From the NCBI GenBank assembly GCA_026026165.1, contig JAPEUD010000029.1, forward strand, positions 1-64,000: a stretch of 64,000 nucleotides of DNA, read 5' to 3'. Both the position numbers and the translations under genes were made by a program. This document shows positions 47,380 through 60,795 of the stretch, piece after piece. The stretch's first letter is position 1. The number at the start of each line of letters is the position of its first letter. The notes under the pieces are model-generated. The model saw only the letters and a list, made by a program, of their open reading frames with translations. It ran no database searches and was not told the DNA's origin. The stretch is from Sarea resinae (taxonomy: Eukaryota).

Positions 47380-50300
47380 CTAGTAGACGCCCCTAATCTT
47401 GGCATGGAGCTCAGTGTCCAGGAAATTATAGTTCGGATCTGGAATGCAGAAAGGATGGTGCTTGAGAAGTGTCTCTGCTGTTGGCCGTTCCGAGGGATCA
47501 CTTTGCGGAGCCAATTAGCATGTCTGTCATCTCGAGCAGGACGCAGAAAACTTACATCGTAAAGCAGTCGTACATGAAGCCTAGGGACTCTGGGCTGATC
47601 GTCACGGAGACGTCTTCCGGTATTGGAGGAGCAAGGAGACTTCCAAGCTTGTAGATGGCACCGACAGTCTCCTCTTTACTCCAAGGCCGGCGGCCAGCAA
47701 ACATTTCCAGAACAACGCATCCCAGGGACCAGATGTCGACTTTGGCAGAGTAGCCCTGGCCTTGAGACCTGATGACTTCGGGTGCCATCCAGAACACAGA
47801 GCCTTGCATGGAATTCGTAGCGTCATTACCGTATATATTATCCGTTTTCTTGGAAATACCGAAGTCAGAGATCTTGCAAGTACCGTCTACATCCAGAAGA
47901 ATATTATCCGCCTTGAGATCGCGGTGAAGGATTCCTTCACGATGTAGGTAGGCTAAGCCGTCCAGTGTCTGGCGTGTAAGCGATCTGACCACGCTCTCTT
48001 CAAACTTCCCATGTTTTCGAAGGCAGCTCCCAACTGATCCACCGGAAATGTATTCCAGAAAGATGGATATCGAGAATTCTTTCCGCTCACAGCCAAGATA
48101 CTGCACGATGTTGACGTGGTCGAGGTGCTGCATCGTATCAATTTCCTGGTCTAGCGCCGCAACCATCTCTTTCATGCGATCCTTGTCTTGGCCAGCTGCT
48201 TTGCTAGTAACCTCGACTTGCTTGACTGCCAGAAATTCTCCGGTCGTGGCATTCATTCCCAAGTAAACACGACCATAGGTGCCCTTTCCTATCAATTGGC
48301 CCTTGAACCATTTGAACGTGGCCTGGCGCTTAGGCAGAGTGTCCAGGGTGTCCTGAGGTATTGCCTCAACATTCCCAAGGTTTTTGCCACGGGTCGGCTT
48401 GATCTGGACAATATTGGCACCGAACATCTTGGTACTCTTCCGCCGAATAATGTCGCCAGACTTTTGTGAAGGTGCAGTAAAGCGCTTGCGATTGGCTTCA
48501 TGCGCTCCCTTCGCTACCTCTCGTATGGACTTCATGCGGCCAATGCCTCCAGATCGCCTTATATTGCGTTGAGCTAATGTCTGGATAGAGTTGTTCCTGT
48601 CCAAAGGTGAGACGGTAGAGGCAGAAACAGGGGTTTCATTTGTTGGTGGGATTGCAGGCGCTTGCACACTCGTGGTTTCTGCCTCTGGACGGTGCGTGTC
48701 CACAGCGGACGTCGGTGAGACTGGGGGTGATCCATGTTGCTCCTCCTCTACGACAGGCTGATCGAGATCCAGATTAGGGAAGAAGTCGTCGAGGTGGTCG
48801 ATAAGAGCTTCGGCAGGCGGTCGACTTGCCCACAAGTCGTCTCGAGCAAAGGACTCTCGACGGAGCAATTTCGACATTTCCTCCGGGGACTGTGCAGACC
48901 AAGTGCTGGAATTCGCAGACTCCGGGACATGCCGTTCGATCTTGGATTGAGAGTTGTTCCCATCCTCCTCCTCAAAGCCTGGCGAGTAGGAATCAGGGCC
49001 CAGAGGAGTGGCACCAGCCATGATTGTAGGAGACTTGAATGTGACAGAAAGCCCCTTTTTGGAACGTGACCGTGTGTTGAGTGTTAATGTAGGTCTCTCG
49101 TCCTTCTTCTCCGAGTCACTAGTTTTGGAATCATCTGGCAATGCTTTCGGGCCAGGTTCAGACGTCTCTTTCCTCTTCGTGACCAATGGAACGGCGAACA
49201 ATCCGTCGTCTGAATCATCATCGGAATCCTGGGCTGGAACCACAGGCGACTTTGCAAAGATGACTTCCTGCTGTTGAGGATCGAGATTCGACCCCGAATA
49301 TTCGCGCAGCATATGGGGTGATGTGCGTGAAGAAGGATGTGCGGAGGGTGGGCTAATATTTGAAGTCTTCTCTGTTTCATCCCGGCGAATCTTTGCGAGA
49401 GACGGGTCTGATGCTTGCCGCATAGATACATATGATCGATCAGACGTGACGAAATCCGGTGTACCTTGCTCATAATCAGATTTTGGGTAAAAGGCGCTTG
49501 CTTTACCCCAGATTGGCCCGTGGCTTTGCGCCAACTTACCTGGACTGTTCTTTCCAATGGTACCACCGGCAGGATATCCTGATGCCGTTCCTGTATTGAA
49601 TCCAGGGCTCTGCTCGCCTCTGCTAAGTGACAAAGGCGATTGCCCACCACTTGTGGCTGACATGGGCGCGGTCGGCGCACCAATGATACCAGTCATTTTA
49701 CCAGCACCTACTAAAGCTGCGCCTATTCCTACCCCAACCGAAGGTGGGCTTCCGACCGGCTTCCGCCAGGTCCATTCAGAAGTATGTGGAGGCTCCGCAG
49801 AACGACGCTTGAAGAATTCATCGTCCACTTGTGCAGATACGGAACGTCGAGCCCTTTCCCCTCCAGATCTCTTACTTAGAGAGTTTGCTTTGATGAGAGT
49901 GCTTGACTCTGCTGGCGCTGGTGGGGGCTTCCTGAGAGGTATCAAAGTGTCTTGTCGCTTGTCTTCGAATGGTGAGTTTCGTGGAGCGTCAAAATCTATT
50001 ATACCCTCCCTCCGAATGCCGTATCCGACCGGTCCTTCGTGTTGGGACTCCTTTGCAAAACGCTGCTGCTTTGAAGCAAGGTACGCTTTTTGTTTTCGTT
50101 CGTTTTCTCGCCGATGTTCCTCAGCCGCAGCTTCCAGCGTTGCCTCCCTTTCGGCTTCCGATATGCCTTCACCAAAATTGGGCGCGCTTCTGGTATCGGA
50201 CGATACATTATCACTAGCAACATCATTGATTTCACCATTTGGTGGATGCGGCGCTTCACGAGTTGGCGCGTTATTAGCTTTTAGAATTGGAGCCCTGGAG

Positions 50301-53293
50301 CCCGTAGGTGGTGACCGAGACATCCTGCGGAAGGTTGTACTCAGTCTGGCTGAACCAGGCTCATCTGTAGATCTCCCTGTCGGTAGGAAGTTTGCACTGG
50401 ATGGCGATGGCATCGCCTTTTGTGACAATCCAAGTCCAAGGCCCGCAGAATGGGGTACGGCTTGTGCTGAACCGGGATATGGTGAAGTAGAACGAACGAA
50501 TAATTTGAGATTGCCTTGTGCGTCAGCCCTAGTCCGCCTAGAAAGGACCAGCGAAGAGTCCGACAGTGCCTCGTCATGATCGGCCTGTCCAAACTCCGTA
50601 TTATAGAATTGTGCAAGATCGGGTTCCAGAATTCCCAGGTTTAAGCAGATCAAGCTACGAAGCGCTTCTGCGGAGTCTGCTTCTGTAATGTCCACGAGGC
50701 GATAATTCCACCCATCTGGTGTCGCAAGGGCATATTTCCTTGTAGGGCTACCCCGCGTATTCGCTTTCAGCCTTGCCCCACTAAGTGTTGGTCTGTCTTG
50801 CTCGGCCATAGTCGATGTAGAAGAAGGGCGCTCCAGGGAGGTTTCGCTCCCATTCATTCCCGGTCGGGCAAACGGCAGGGTAGGTGGTATATGCCGAAAG
50901 CTGACTGGACTTGTTGGAGACTCCAGATTATCGGCCTCTGGTGACGGATGTGCCCCATCTTCCTTCTTCCCACGTTTCCTTAGCTTTCCCCATAATCCTT
51001 TACTGTGCTCTTTCGCACTCTGGGGGGCCTCGTTACTTCCTTGTCGTCCATTGCCATCGAGTGTCTGTGGACGATGGGATTCTTGACCGTTTCTCCGTAT
51101 CTCTTGGCCTCTCAAAAGGGTTAAAGTTTCGCCACTAGCTGTTCCGGCAGCTGAACGCGCAGTGTCCCGAGATGCCTGTGCCATTCCTGGAGGGAATACT
51201 ATCATGGAATCAGAACTATTGCTCTTGTTGTGTCCATAACGACCATATGGCGAGTTTGCCACGCCGCTGTTCCCGACAGATGATGCCGGCGAAGCCTGAT
51301 GTAGAGCGGGACTTCCACTCTGTGGACTACCTTCGTGAGACGGTCGAAGACCCTCTCCTCGGAATCCGGGTCCAGAAAAGGACCCATTCGCTCCTACGTC
51401 GCTTGATGTGCTCGGACTGTGTCGTTTCACTGAAGAATCCCCGAAACCGGTGAATGCGCCCCGCGTGAATCCGGGACGATTCGTAAAAGGTTGTCCACCT
51501 TCAGGAAAGTATTGATCGTTTGGAGGCGCTCCAGCATTCGAATAAACAGAAAGTGTGCTGCTCCGGTGACTTTGAGGGGGTCTTAGTCCTGCGCCAGGAG
51601 CCCTCAATATTGATTGCTTTTCGGGAGAATCTCCTCCGCCACCCGTCGTGGGCGTGGCAGCCGCAAATTCGGGCTGATTGAGGTTTGGCGAACCTTCTAC
51701 CCCGCCATCGTTGGAAGTCGCACTGAATAGCATTTGTGAAGAATCCCTTCGATTTTGGCCCAGCTTGGCACTACCGCTGCTGCCGGTATCTGCTATCCTT
51801 CGAATGAGCCTCCTCATGCGCTTCCCCTCCTCCCTTTCGCGGGACTGATCCCAGCCGGTACCGCTCTTGCTACATTCCTTGGCCAATTGGGGGTAGATGT
51901 GCTGATGCATCAATCCCAAGTTGCCTCTTCCACCATGGCCACGACCAAGCTCCAAAAACTCCCCCCCAAAAACATTGAGGTGCTTGAAAGTCTCTTGCCA
52001 ATCGTTTGAGAACCCGTTATGAGCGAGCCAAATTAGAACTCGGTCTATCGGCCACTGTATTGCGGGGTCGTTAGGAGACAATGGTGGGTCAGGGCCATTG
52101 TTCCCCGACTGCAGGGAGTCATTGTTTGAGGCAGGCGCAGCGTTAGCAGTGGATGCCTGGCCCTGCGACTGGTTCGAGTTTGGATTTGAATTCCCAGGAC
52201 CAGGAAAAGGATGATCTTGAGTCTCCCGGAGGGGGAGATGAAGATTGTGATGTCGAGCAAGAGGGGTGGGCGGTTGGTTCTGAGCATGTCTTCCGTCGAC
52301 ATATGTAGCATTTTCCGCAGGAGTGCTGACAGCGGAGTCGCTAACATGGCGATGATTAGGATACCTAGAGCTTTCAGTATAGGCAGGCAGCTCTGCACTG
52401 TCTCTATGATTGAAACTTGATTGATATTGGTCGGCTTGAGGGTGGAGTGGGGGGATCCCTACACCTGGACCAAAAGACTCGCCGTGTGGAATGTAAGTAG
52501 CGGAAGTTAAAGGCCGTTGCTCATTTGGAGGTGGCGGGGGCATTGATTGTGGTGGGCTTTGTGTGCTTTGATATGCCTGCCCGGCATTAAATGTCATATG
52601 CTGGCCGGGAAATTGATTGGGCGCGGCAGGCTGGGGAGGAGGGGGAGGAAAGCCAAGTGAGCGGCCCCAGATTCCTTGCCAGCCAGGTTGCATTCCATGT
52701 AATGTGCCTGGCGGAGGGCCTGGCGGAGGGCCAGGTGGGGGCGGGATCACCACTCCATGTGAAGTATTTGGAAACGGACGTGGAGGCGGAGGTGGGAGCG
52801 CCACCATGTGTTGTTGCTGATTCGGAGGAGACAGGGTTTGTGATGGTGGGCCCGGAATATATTGTTGTCGTTGAGCATCCAAGCCTTGAGCTGCTGGATT
52901 GTGCCATTGGCCTGGCTGATAGGGATTCTGCATTGGGACAGGATGCACCAGTCGACTGTTTGGTCGATATGTGTTTGGGTCCGCCGACTCTGATCCAGTA
53001 GAGGTATGGGCTCTTGGACGCTGCGCAACCAGATTACTGGTCCGATTCGGTGCTGGACCGAGTCCAGACAGCGCAGGGTACGGGGATCCACTCCCGAAAG
53101 AAGGTATGAGGAGGGAAGATGAGGATGCTCCAGTATTGTAACTGGGAACGTCGCTCAGGATCAGATCCTCCGGAACGGTCAATGTCGATCCTCGGTGGGA
53201 TAGCTGCGATGGAGATGAATTTGGCAGATTGTTGGTATTGAGTTCTGAGTTATTTGATCTTGCCGATGACGATCGTTGGCGGGAACTCATCAT
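47380..53293 (-). CDS. BCK1: Cell wall integrity MAP kinase kinase kinase Bck1/MkkA
   Basis: Large exon 53293-47556, intron 47555-47501, last exon 47500-47380 (DPSERPTAETLL...AKIRGVY*). C-terminal STE11-family kinase (GKGTYG, HRDLKADN, MQGSVFWMAPE) and a SAM-like segment WPIDRVLIWLAHNGFSNDWQETF. Confidence 0.93.
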
Positions 53294-55381
53294 AAGAAGT
53301 ACCTATGGTTGATTGATCCACGGGGCCGCGAGATGGCAGACGCCGATAGCCGCACAATGGGCTCAAGAGAGCATGCTTCCGATGCAACAACCCGCCAAGC
53401 CTTCTGTCCTGGCAGTCAACCCAACGGCCCAGAGGCGCAGACGCAACGGGACAGCACCCCGAGTCTAGCTGCAATGCCAGTTCTTCATGAACGTTACGCT
53501 CGTGCCCGGCAAGAAGCCCCGGTGAAGACTTCCGATGCGGTCTCTCGACGCTGCTGTGGCAGAAAGCTACCCACTTTATAGTAGAAGAGGATGCGCACGC
53601 AATGAGGATGCGAGCGATGCCGATAGACGGGTCGTTGCAAGTCGTGGGGAAAGAGCCGTCGCACGAAGCAGCAGGATGGCTAGAGGGCAACCAGGCAACC
53701 TGAAGCTACACTGTCGGGTGCAAAGGATTGGTGGAGTAGAGTGTGGATAGAAAGAGCGGCACAATAGGTAGAGTACAACAAGGCAGTCTGTCGGGTTCAA
53801 TATGGATGTTGGTTACCTGAGTTGGAGTACGAATACTTAGGTAAGGTAGGTAGGTAGGTAGTACGGAGTAGTAGTAGTGCCCAAAGGCCAACTTTGACGC
53901 CGTTCAATGGGCATCTCTTTGGCGCCCAGCCGAGCGGGCGCAGCCGGGGAAGTTCACACCTGCCGCAATACGCCACAGCCACCACCCATCTCAGGCCCCA
54001 GCCGCACGTCTGAAGCGACAGTAGCGCTTACCTGGACTTGCCTTGCCTTTCCCTTTCAAAGAGCAACAAACAACCTTCTTCCCTTGATCGGTTGTGTTGC
54101 CGCTGAGCAACAAGCCTCGTCTCCACCTCTGATCCAAGGTGCACGAGGTATTACATGCATGCAGGTCATCTAAGCTTGTTATCACTCACCATCAAAATAA
54201 CAAGCAGCCTGGAGGTTTCCGAAATAATCTTGAAATAATGGAATATCACTACATTGATATCGTCTATGAAGATACTATCAATAGCAATGAAAGAGCGTAA
54301 TTCGGCTGAGGATCAATGTATACACTGAACACTCTAGTCCCTCGAACCACCTTACTGCTATACGGTAATAGAAAGAAGGAGAATGCTACGTTTAAATTCC
54401 ATAGTGATCTACTCCGGAGTGTTGGTAGCTATGCCATATCGCCCATACTAACGCCGAGCCTTTCCTTAGGTGTTTAAAGTACGATCCACGGACATCGAGT
54501 TCATACCTGTGAGAATGATGTGATCTCCTTTGTCTGGCAGCATGCCACCGCTTTCGTGTGGTAGCATCCATAGATCCGTGCTCTTGATAAAGAGATCCTA
54601 TGAGATAGGAGGGCAGCAACGTGGCGAGCGGATTCGATCAGCAAGAGCAGAAGAAGAAGACGACGAAGCAGATCTGAAGTGGAGCCCGCCCAGTCCCAGT
54701 CACGGCATCCGGCCAATTCCCACTGACAGGAGTACTAAGGTACCTCCAGCTCCTTACAGTTAAGGCGGATCCACGAGATTGATGGACGAGATGGGGCGAG
54801 ATTTGGGCCTTGGGCCACGGCTCAGTAAGGTACCTAGGTACTAGGTAGGTAGGTACTTGGTACTCTGTACGTACCGCCGTAACCTTAAAACCCAACTCAC
54901 GTGCTTCGAGTATCTTCAGTTTCATTACTCACCTTACCCTGAACAGGCAACCCCCGAATCCTCGAGCCACTTGAACCCCTCAAGCCACAGCTTGCTCTAA
55001 ACGGAGAGGAGAAAACTCACTCGCCACCCACCTTATTATCAATAATATCATTGATGCTGGGCCAGCCGAGCAATGCACCTGTACGAAGGCGCTCATGGAA
55101 GAGGAGTTGTAGGTCCCGACTGCTCGGGCTTAAGACGGAGTCCAAGTGGACATCGGGGGGACGAGCTGTGTGAGTAGAACGAGGTACTGAAGTAGGTAAA
55201 CAGGCACCGCACGTTGAGAAATATTCGCCATCCATGGATGCTTCAGAATGCCTTTCTCGGGAGATTACACACACCACTCAATCTATTGAGAGTCCTGTAC
55301 TGGTGCGTGCTCAGCCCTGCCACAGCCCTGCACGGCTGCGATGGAACAGTATGAGCGTTCAGGCGCTTATCATCCATCCTC

Positions 55382-55416
<35 letters not shown>

Positions 55417-56975
55417 GGTCCGACAGAGTGAGGCGGCTCCCCGATCAACTTAACACTTCGAAGATTGCTTACCTACTCGGGGATCTCTACTGATTGAGCG
55501 TGGGCGGCCCTCAGACTGGCGACGCATGGCGTGGGGGTCCTGAGATTGATCTCGCCTGATGATTCGCTTGGGACGCGGATGAGCTGCCGATCAAGAGACC
55601 AGAGAGACGGGAGATGTCGATTCGGAGAGTACATGACCCTGAAAGGCAGCGAGTAGCGTTACCTGCGTTATCGTCGATGCCAAATTCGAGGGCGGTGAGT
55701 GTCTAGTGCCAGCTGCCGAGTCGCAGGTGTTTAAATCCCTCCTCCTATGTACGAGCCCAGTCGGAACCTCTCATTATCATTCGGTCGAAGCCAAGCAGCG
55801 ACAGGAAGAGTCATAATATAGAGTAGCAGTAGGAGACACCGTATCCATCCGTACCGACCTTGCAGTCTCGTCCCATCGTGACATTAACGCCCGTCACCGG
55901 AGGACATGCCAGCTCTTATTGGACTGGATAATCGTGAGGTGTGAGGGGGTACATAGTGCACTCACTGCGAAGTCCACTGTCAACAAGATCTTCTAAGCTT
56001 AGCATGGGCCATCGACGTGGTTCCAGACGACGGTGATCGATTCGACGGTAACTGCCAATCTGGCAGAACAATGGCAAAAAACGGTTGATGCGAGGCAAAT
56101 AAATCCTGACTACTCCGAGGACAGGCATGGGTGCGAAGGACTACGGAGTAGACTGACGCCGGATACTTCGCACTACTTGCTCACCCGGTCTGCTGCCACC
56201 ACGGTGGCAGGTACCGCCTTAGTCATGCTCTAGACGACTACGGGCGGCTTCCTGTGCCGTTAGACACCGAAAGGATCTGCAATTCCGATCCTTCCCTGCC
56301 CTGTCTCGCCAGTTTGCATTTTGTTGGCCGACCGAGCGAGACGAGCGAAAAAACTGAAGGGCCGAAGCCCAAGGGGAGCAGCTACGGAGTACTATGAGTA
56401 GGCCAGAAAGCCAAAAGGCTTCCCATTATTGACTCAGACACCCACACAGCCAGCGACTGACTCTCCCGGCCCGTACACACAAGTACCCTGCCACTCGATC
56501 CAGCGGCGAGCCGTACCGCCATGGTACTTCGTCCTGCTACCTGCCGCCGCAGTCGTCGACCTGCCCGGGCGCTGTCTTGGCCCACGCTCGCCCAAATAAT
56601 GCCGCAACACACTGGCACTCTCCCCCAAAGCTTACGTTCTGGCGTGGTCATAGCGTGATGTGATCGAAGGTGATCGGCCCATTGCTTGTCGCTGTCCCTA
56701 GCCGGGGCCTGTCTGGTCTGTTTTGGTGCGTTTGGTCGTGTTCAGAAACCACGCTGGGCCGTTGGAATGGGTTTCCATACCATTCATCGATAAACGTCGT
56801 CATCGGCGATCCCGTAGCTTGGCCCCCTCCATCTGTATTTCAACACAATCATCACCCACCTCCATCCCGTCTCTTCTTTCCAGGAACATCCATCCAACCA
56901 AAACCCCCATCCCACAATCATCTTCCCATCCTCCTAGAGAAAGAGCCTAGTCCGGTCCCCAACAGGAGAATAACA

Positions 56976-59016
56976 ATGTCTGATATCTTGACCAAGGAGC
57001 TGAAGACGCCCGTCGAGGTCGTCGACTATCTGTACGCCCGTCTCCACGAGGTCGGGGTGCGATCAGTCCATGGTCTTCCCGGCGACTACAACTTGGTCGC
57101 GCTCGACTACCTTCCAAAGCACGGTCTGAAGTGGGTTGGCAATGTCAACGAGCTCAATTCAGGTAAATCCCACCTCCATCCCTCGGATCCCGTATTCGTC
57201 GAAGGCGTTGCTCCTACGTCATACCTGAGCGGATCCCCTCGGAAATCGTCAATCTGCACAATGGGCATTCGTCCAACGCAAGAGAAAGACTCGAGAGTCC
57301 AATTGGCTCACATGTGAATTCTAGGATATGCTGCGGACGGATATGCCCGTGTCAAGGGCATCTCCGCCATGATCACCACCTTTGGTGTTGGCGAGCTTTC
57401 GGCTGTCAACGCCATCGCTGGTGCTTACTCGGAATTCAGCCCTATCGTTCACATTGTCGGATACCCGTCGACGCAGTCGATGCGAAATGGAATGCTCCTG
57501 CACCACACCCTGGGTAACGGAGATTTCAACGTCTTCGCCAACATCAGCAACGAGATCTCCTGCAACGTGGCGAAGCTCGAAGACCCGGCAACCGCCGCAA
57601 CGCTCATCGACCATGCCATCAGCCAGTGCTACCTCCAGAGTCGTCCCGTCTACATTACTCTGCCAACCGATATGGTGACGAAGAAGGTCGAAGGCCAGAG
57701 ACTAAAGACTCCTCTGGTTCTGACGCACCCTCCTAACAACGAGGAGCAAGAAGACTCCGTTGTCGAGACCGTGTTGAAGCTTTTGCATGCCGCCAAGAAC
57801 CCCGTCATCCTCGTCGATGCTTGTGCTGTGCGACACAAGGTATGTACGGTCCGATCAAGATTGCGATAAATCACTAAACAAAAATGTTCAGGTCCTTAGC
57901 GAGGTCCACGACCTTGTTACGAAGTCGAACTTGCCCACGTTCGTTACGCCCATGGGCAAAGGCGCCGTGAATGAGACTCACTCCAACTACGGTGGTGTCT
58001 ACGCTGGAGATGGGTCCAACGAGGGTGTTCGAGAGCGGGTTGAAGGCGCCGACCTCATCCTGAGTATCGGCTCGCTAAAGTCGGACTTCAACACCACGGG
58101 CTTCACATACCAAACCAGTCAACTCCGCACCGTCGACTTCCACAGCGACCATATTGTCGTGGGATATTCGCAATACCCGGGTGTTCGGATGCAGGGTGTG
58201 CTTCGCAAGGTCGTCGACCGCATGGGCAAGTTAAGCGTCCAGCCTGGTCCAGTCCCCACCAACAAGATCGCCCAGGAAGATTTGGATTCCTCGAAGAATG
58301 CTGTCATCACCCAAGCTTGGTTCTGGCCTAGAATGGGACAATGGCTGCGAAAGAACGACATCGTCGTGACCGAGACTGGCACGGCCAACTTCGGTATCTG
58401 GGACACCAAGTTCCCTGAGGGTGTCACCGCTCTCAGCCAAGTTTTGTGGGGTAGCATCGGCTGGTCCGTTGGTGCCGCTCAAGGTGCTGCATTGGCAGCC
58501 AAGGAGATGGGCAACCGCCGAACAATCCTGTTTGTCGGTGACGGCAGTTTCCAATTGACTTGCCAGGAAGTGAGCACGATGATCCGCCATGAGCTCAACC
58601 CCATCGTGTAAGTCTCTTTCCCTATTCGTACGGATGACTGTGCTAATAGACTTAGTTTCGTCATCTGCAACGAGGGCTACACCATTGAACGTTTCATCCA
58701 CGGCTTCGAGGCTACGTACAACGACATCCAGCCCTGGAAATTCAACGATCTGATCCCCGCTTTCGGTGCTTCCCCCGACAAGTCAAAGACATACACCATC
58801 AAGAGCCGACAGGAGCTCGAGGCATTGTTTGGCAACGAGGAGTTCAACACCGCCAAGAAGATCAGAGTAAGCTCCCTTTTCCCGATATCAGGCTGAGTAG
58901 CGGCTAATTTGATGAACTTCTAGTTCGTCGAGTTGTACATGCCAAAGGACGATGCGCCAAAGGCATTGAAGTTGACCGCTGAGAGCGCGAGGGCCAGGAA
59001 CGCAAAGCTTGACTAA
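56976..59016 (+). CDS. PDC1: Pyruvate decarboxylase (ThDP-dependent)
   Basis: Exons 56976-57162, 57325-57839, 57892-58607, 58656-58866, 58924-59016. Motifs [37 protein letters not shown] and GDGSFQ...NEGYTIE. Confidence 0.95.
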
Positions 59017-59321
59017 GGGATATGTCAAAAGCAATGATTGCATCGATATGATACATGGTGTTGCGTAATTATTTAGACATGGGTTTGAGACTTTACTATA
59101 GGCGCATTAATGAGAAACGGTTACGACTCGTCGTATTTATGACTCTGAATTGGACAAGTTCTCTCTGGTGACCGTGCGTATTTATCGATTGTAAGGCACT
59201 CGAAAATTTGAAGTCAACATGCTCGCTTGCAGGTGATCTCAAATCGTACATAAAGTACTGCTACACCCATCATGATTATTGATTTAGTTTGTTTCCCTTC
59301 TGCACTTGTAGGCGATCAAAG

Positions 59322-60795
59322 ATGCCAGATGCTCAGAAGCGAAAAGACTCGGGCGATAGAGGCGATTCGGCAAGTAAGAGGGTGAAAGTAGGCATACTCC
59401 GCACCCATCGAGTTCTCGTCGTGAATTTAGCAAGAGAGAGAACCCCGTTGACTGGAGAGACAGGGAGGGAAACAATGGAGGACGCCCCGCCGAAATGACG
59501 CAAAATCAACAGCCGGCCTCATGAAGGCTTCAAGCATCGAGCCCGGCGATGCCGGCATCTGGGCAACTTGCTCCAAAGGAAAGGAGGGGAAGTGTGTAGG
59601 CGAGCTCAAAGATCTGTTCGATGAGGTATGATAGCCTTCCAATTACTGTACTTCATTCCATAAGCACAAGATGAGCTCTACGAGGACATCAGCCACCCCT
59701 ACAGTTCTTTACTGATCATTCTCAGTATGTTGAGAGGCTGTATCCTGGTCAGGAATCGGAAGACGACGGAGAGGACGAAGAGCTCGATATCGAGGCGGAG
59801 ATTAAAAAAGAGGTAGAGGGAATGAAGAGACCTCGAAAGGAGGCACTCTTTGCCCACGTGAAGCTCGACGTTCAATGCGGTATGTTTTGCACATGCTCGA
59901 CCTGGGTCAATCAGCACATCAACCGTACTGACATGATCCAGTCGTTTTCTTCAAGACCAGCAAGCCCGTGGAACCGATGTCGTTTGTTCATGCAATTTGT
60001 CAGGATGCCTTCTCGGCGTCCAGACGAAAGCGAGGGCGCTGGGTCAAGCGCCTTACTCCCATGACACTGATGGGAAGGGCTACGGAGAAAGGTCTGGAAG
60101 AGGTAGCTGAGGCCGTTTTGGCACCGCATTTTCACCAGGGAGAAGCACGAAAGGTGTGTTTGGACCCTCGACTTTTCGAACCATGGGGAAGCGCCACTGC
60201 TCGTCTGATGAGACTTGAAAAGCCTCAAGATGGTAGCCCCAAAGCTTCCTGCTGCCCTTGGCTGCATCACTCGCTAATGCCCAGAGATTGGTTCGAGATA
60301 GTTTGCGATTCGCCCTAGTCTCAGAAACCACAGCACCTTGACAAGAGACCGTATCATCAAACAGGTTGCATCAACCGTCGGTCCAGGCCACAAGGTCGAC
60401 CTGAAGGACTACGAATTTCTTATTCTGGTTGAAGTATACAAGGTAAGTCTGACTCTCGGGATACACTCATGCTGCCCATAGAACATATCTCATCCGCAGA
60501 TGCTGATCTTGACTAAATCGTTGAATAGAGCGTCCTCGGCATGAGCGTAGTTGGGCCAGACTATGAGAAGCTCAAACGATATAACTTGGCCGAGATCTAC
60601 GAACCCAGCGCCACGTCATCAATAGCAAGCAAGCCATTATCAAAGGACCAGCGACCAGAAGACCAGCAGCAGCCATCAGTAGCATCTTCAACCCCGGGCA
60701 GTGCGCCTCCTCCGCCTTCTGGAACGCCATCTATGCCGCCCTCGTGTATCCAAGACACCGGGTTGCTGCATGGCGAGCCAGAGTCTAAGCCATAG
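59322..60795 (+). CDS. TAN1: THUMP domain protein (tRNA acetylation adaptor Tan1-like)
   Basis: Exons 59322-59387, 59464-59625, 59726-59879, 59942-60153, 60302-60442, 60529-60795. Motifs PGDAGIWATC..GKEGKC, DIEAEIKKEV, RWVKRLTP, HKVDLKDY..LILVEVYK and YEKLKRYNL. Confidence 0.85.

Noticed and set aside
49557..50579. 340-aa ORF antisense to BCK1, and similar antisense ORFs over DHH1, RBA50 and LST7
   Set aside because: These are shadow ORFs of real genes with no independent coding features.
57163..57324. Possible TPP riboswitch in the long first intron of the ThDP-dependent PDC
   Set aside because: It lacks the conserved TGAGA and TGAT...TAAT...GCG aptamer cores.
58990..59030. Cryptic peroxisomal targeting in PDC (ends NAKLD), and stop readthrough in SHM2 and iPGM
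   Set aside because: AKL is not terminal, none of the stops has the TGA-CTA readthrough context, and I saw no PTS1 in the downstream sequence I translated.
60203..60225. Hammerhead-like core CTGATGA...GAAA
   Set aside because: No proper stem II and no matching stems I and III with an NUH cleavage site.
1374..60795. Apparent cluster of RNA/transcription genes (RBA50, YKE2, GRC3, RPA34, MED9, DHH1, TAN1) or carbon-metabolism genes (SHM2, gpmI, PDC1)
   Set aside because: They are interspersed with unrelated genes and belong to broad, common categories. No shared element is visible except for the GRC3/RPA34 pair.
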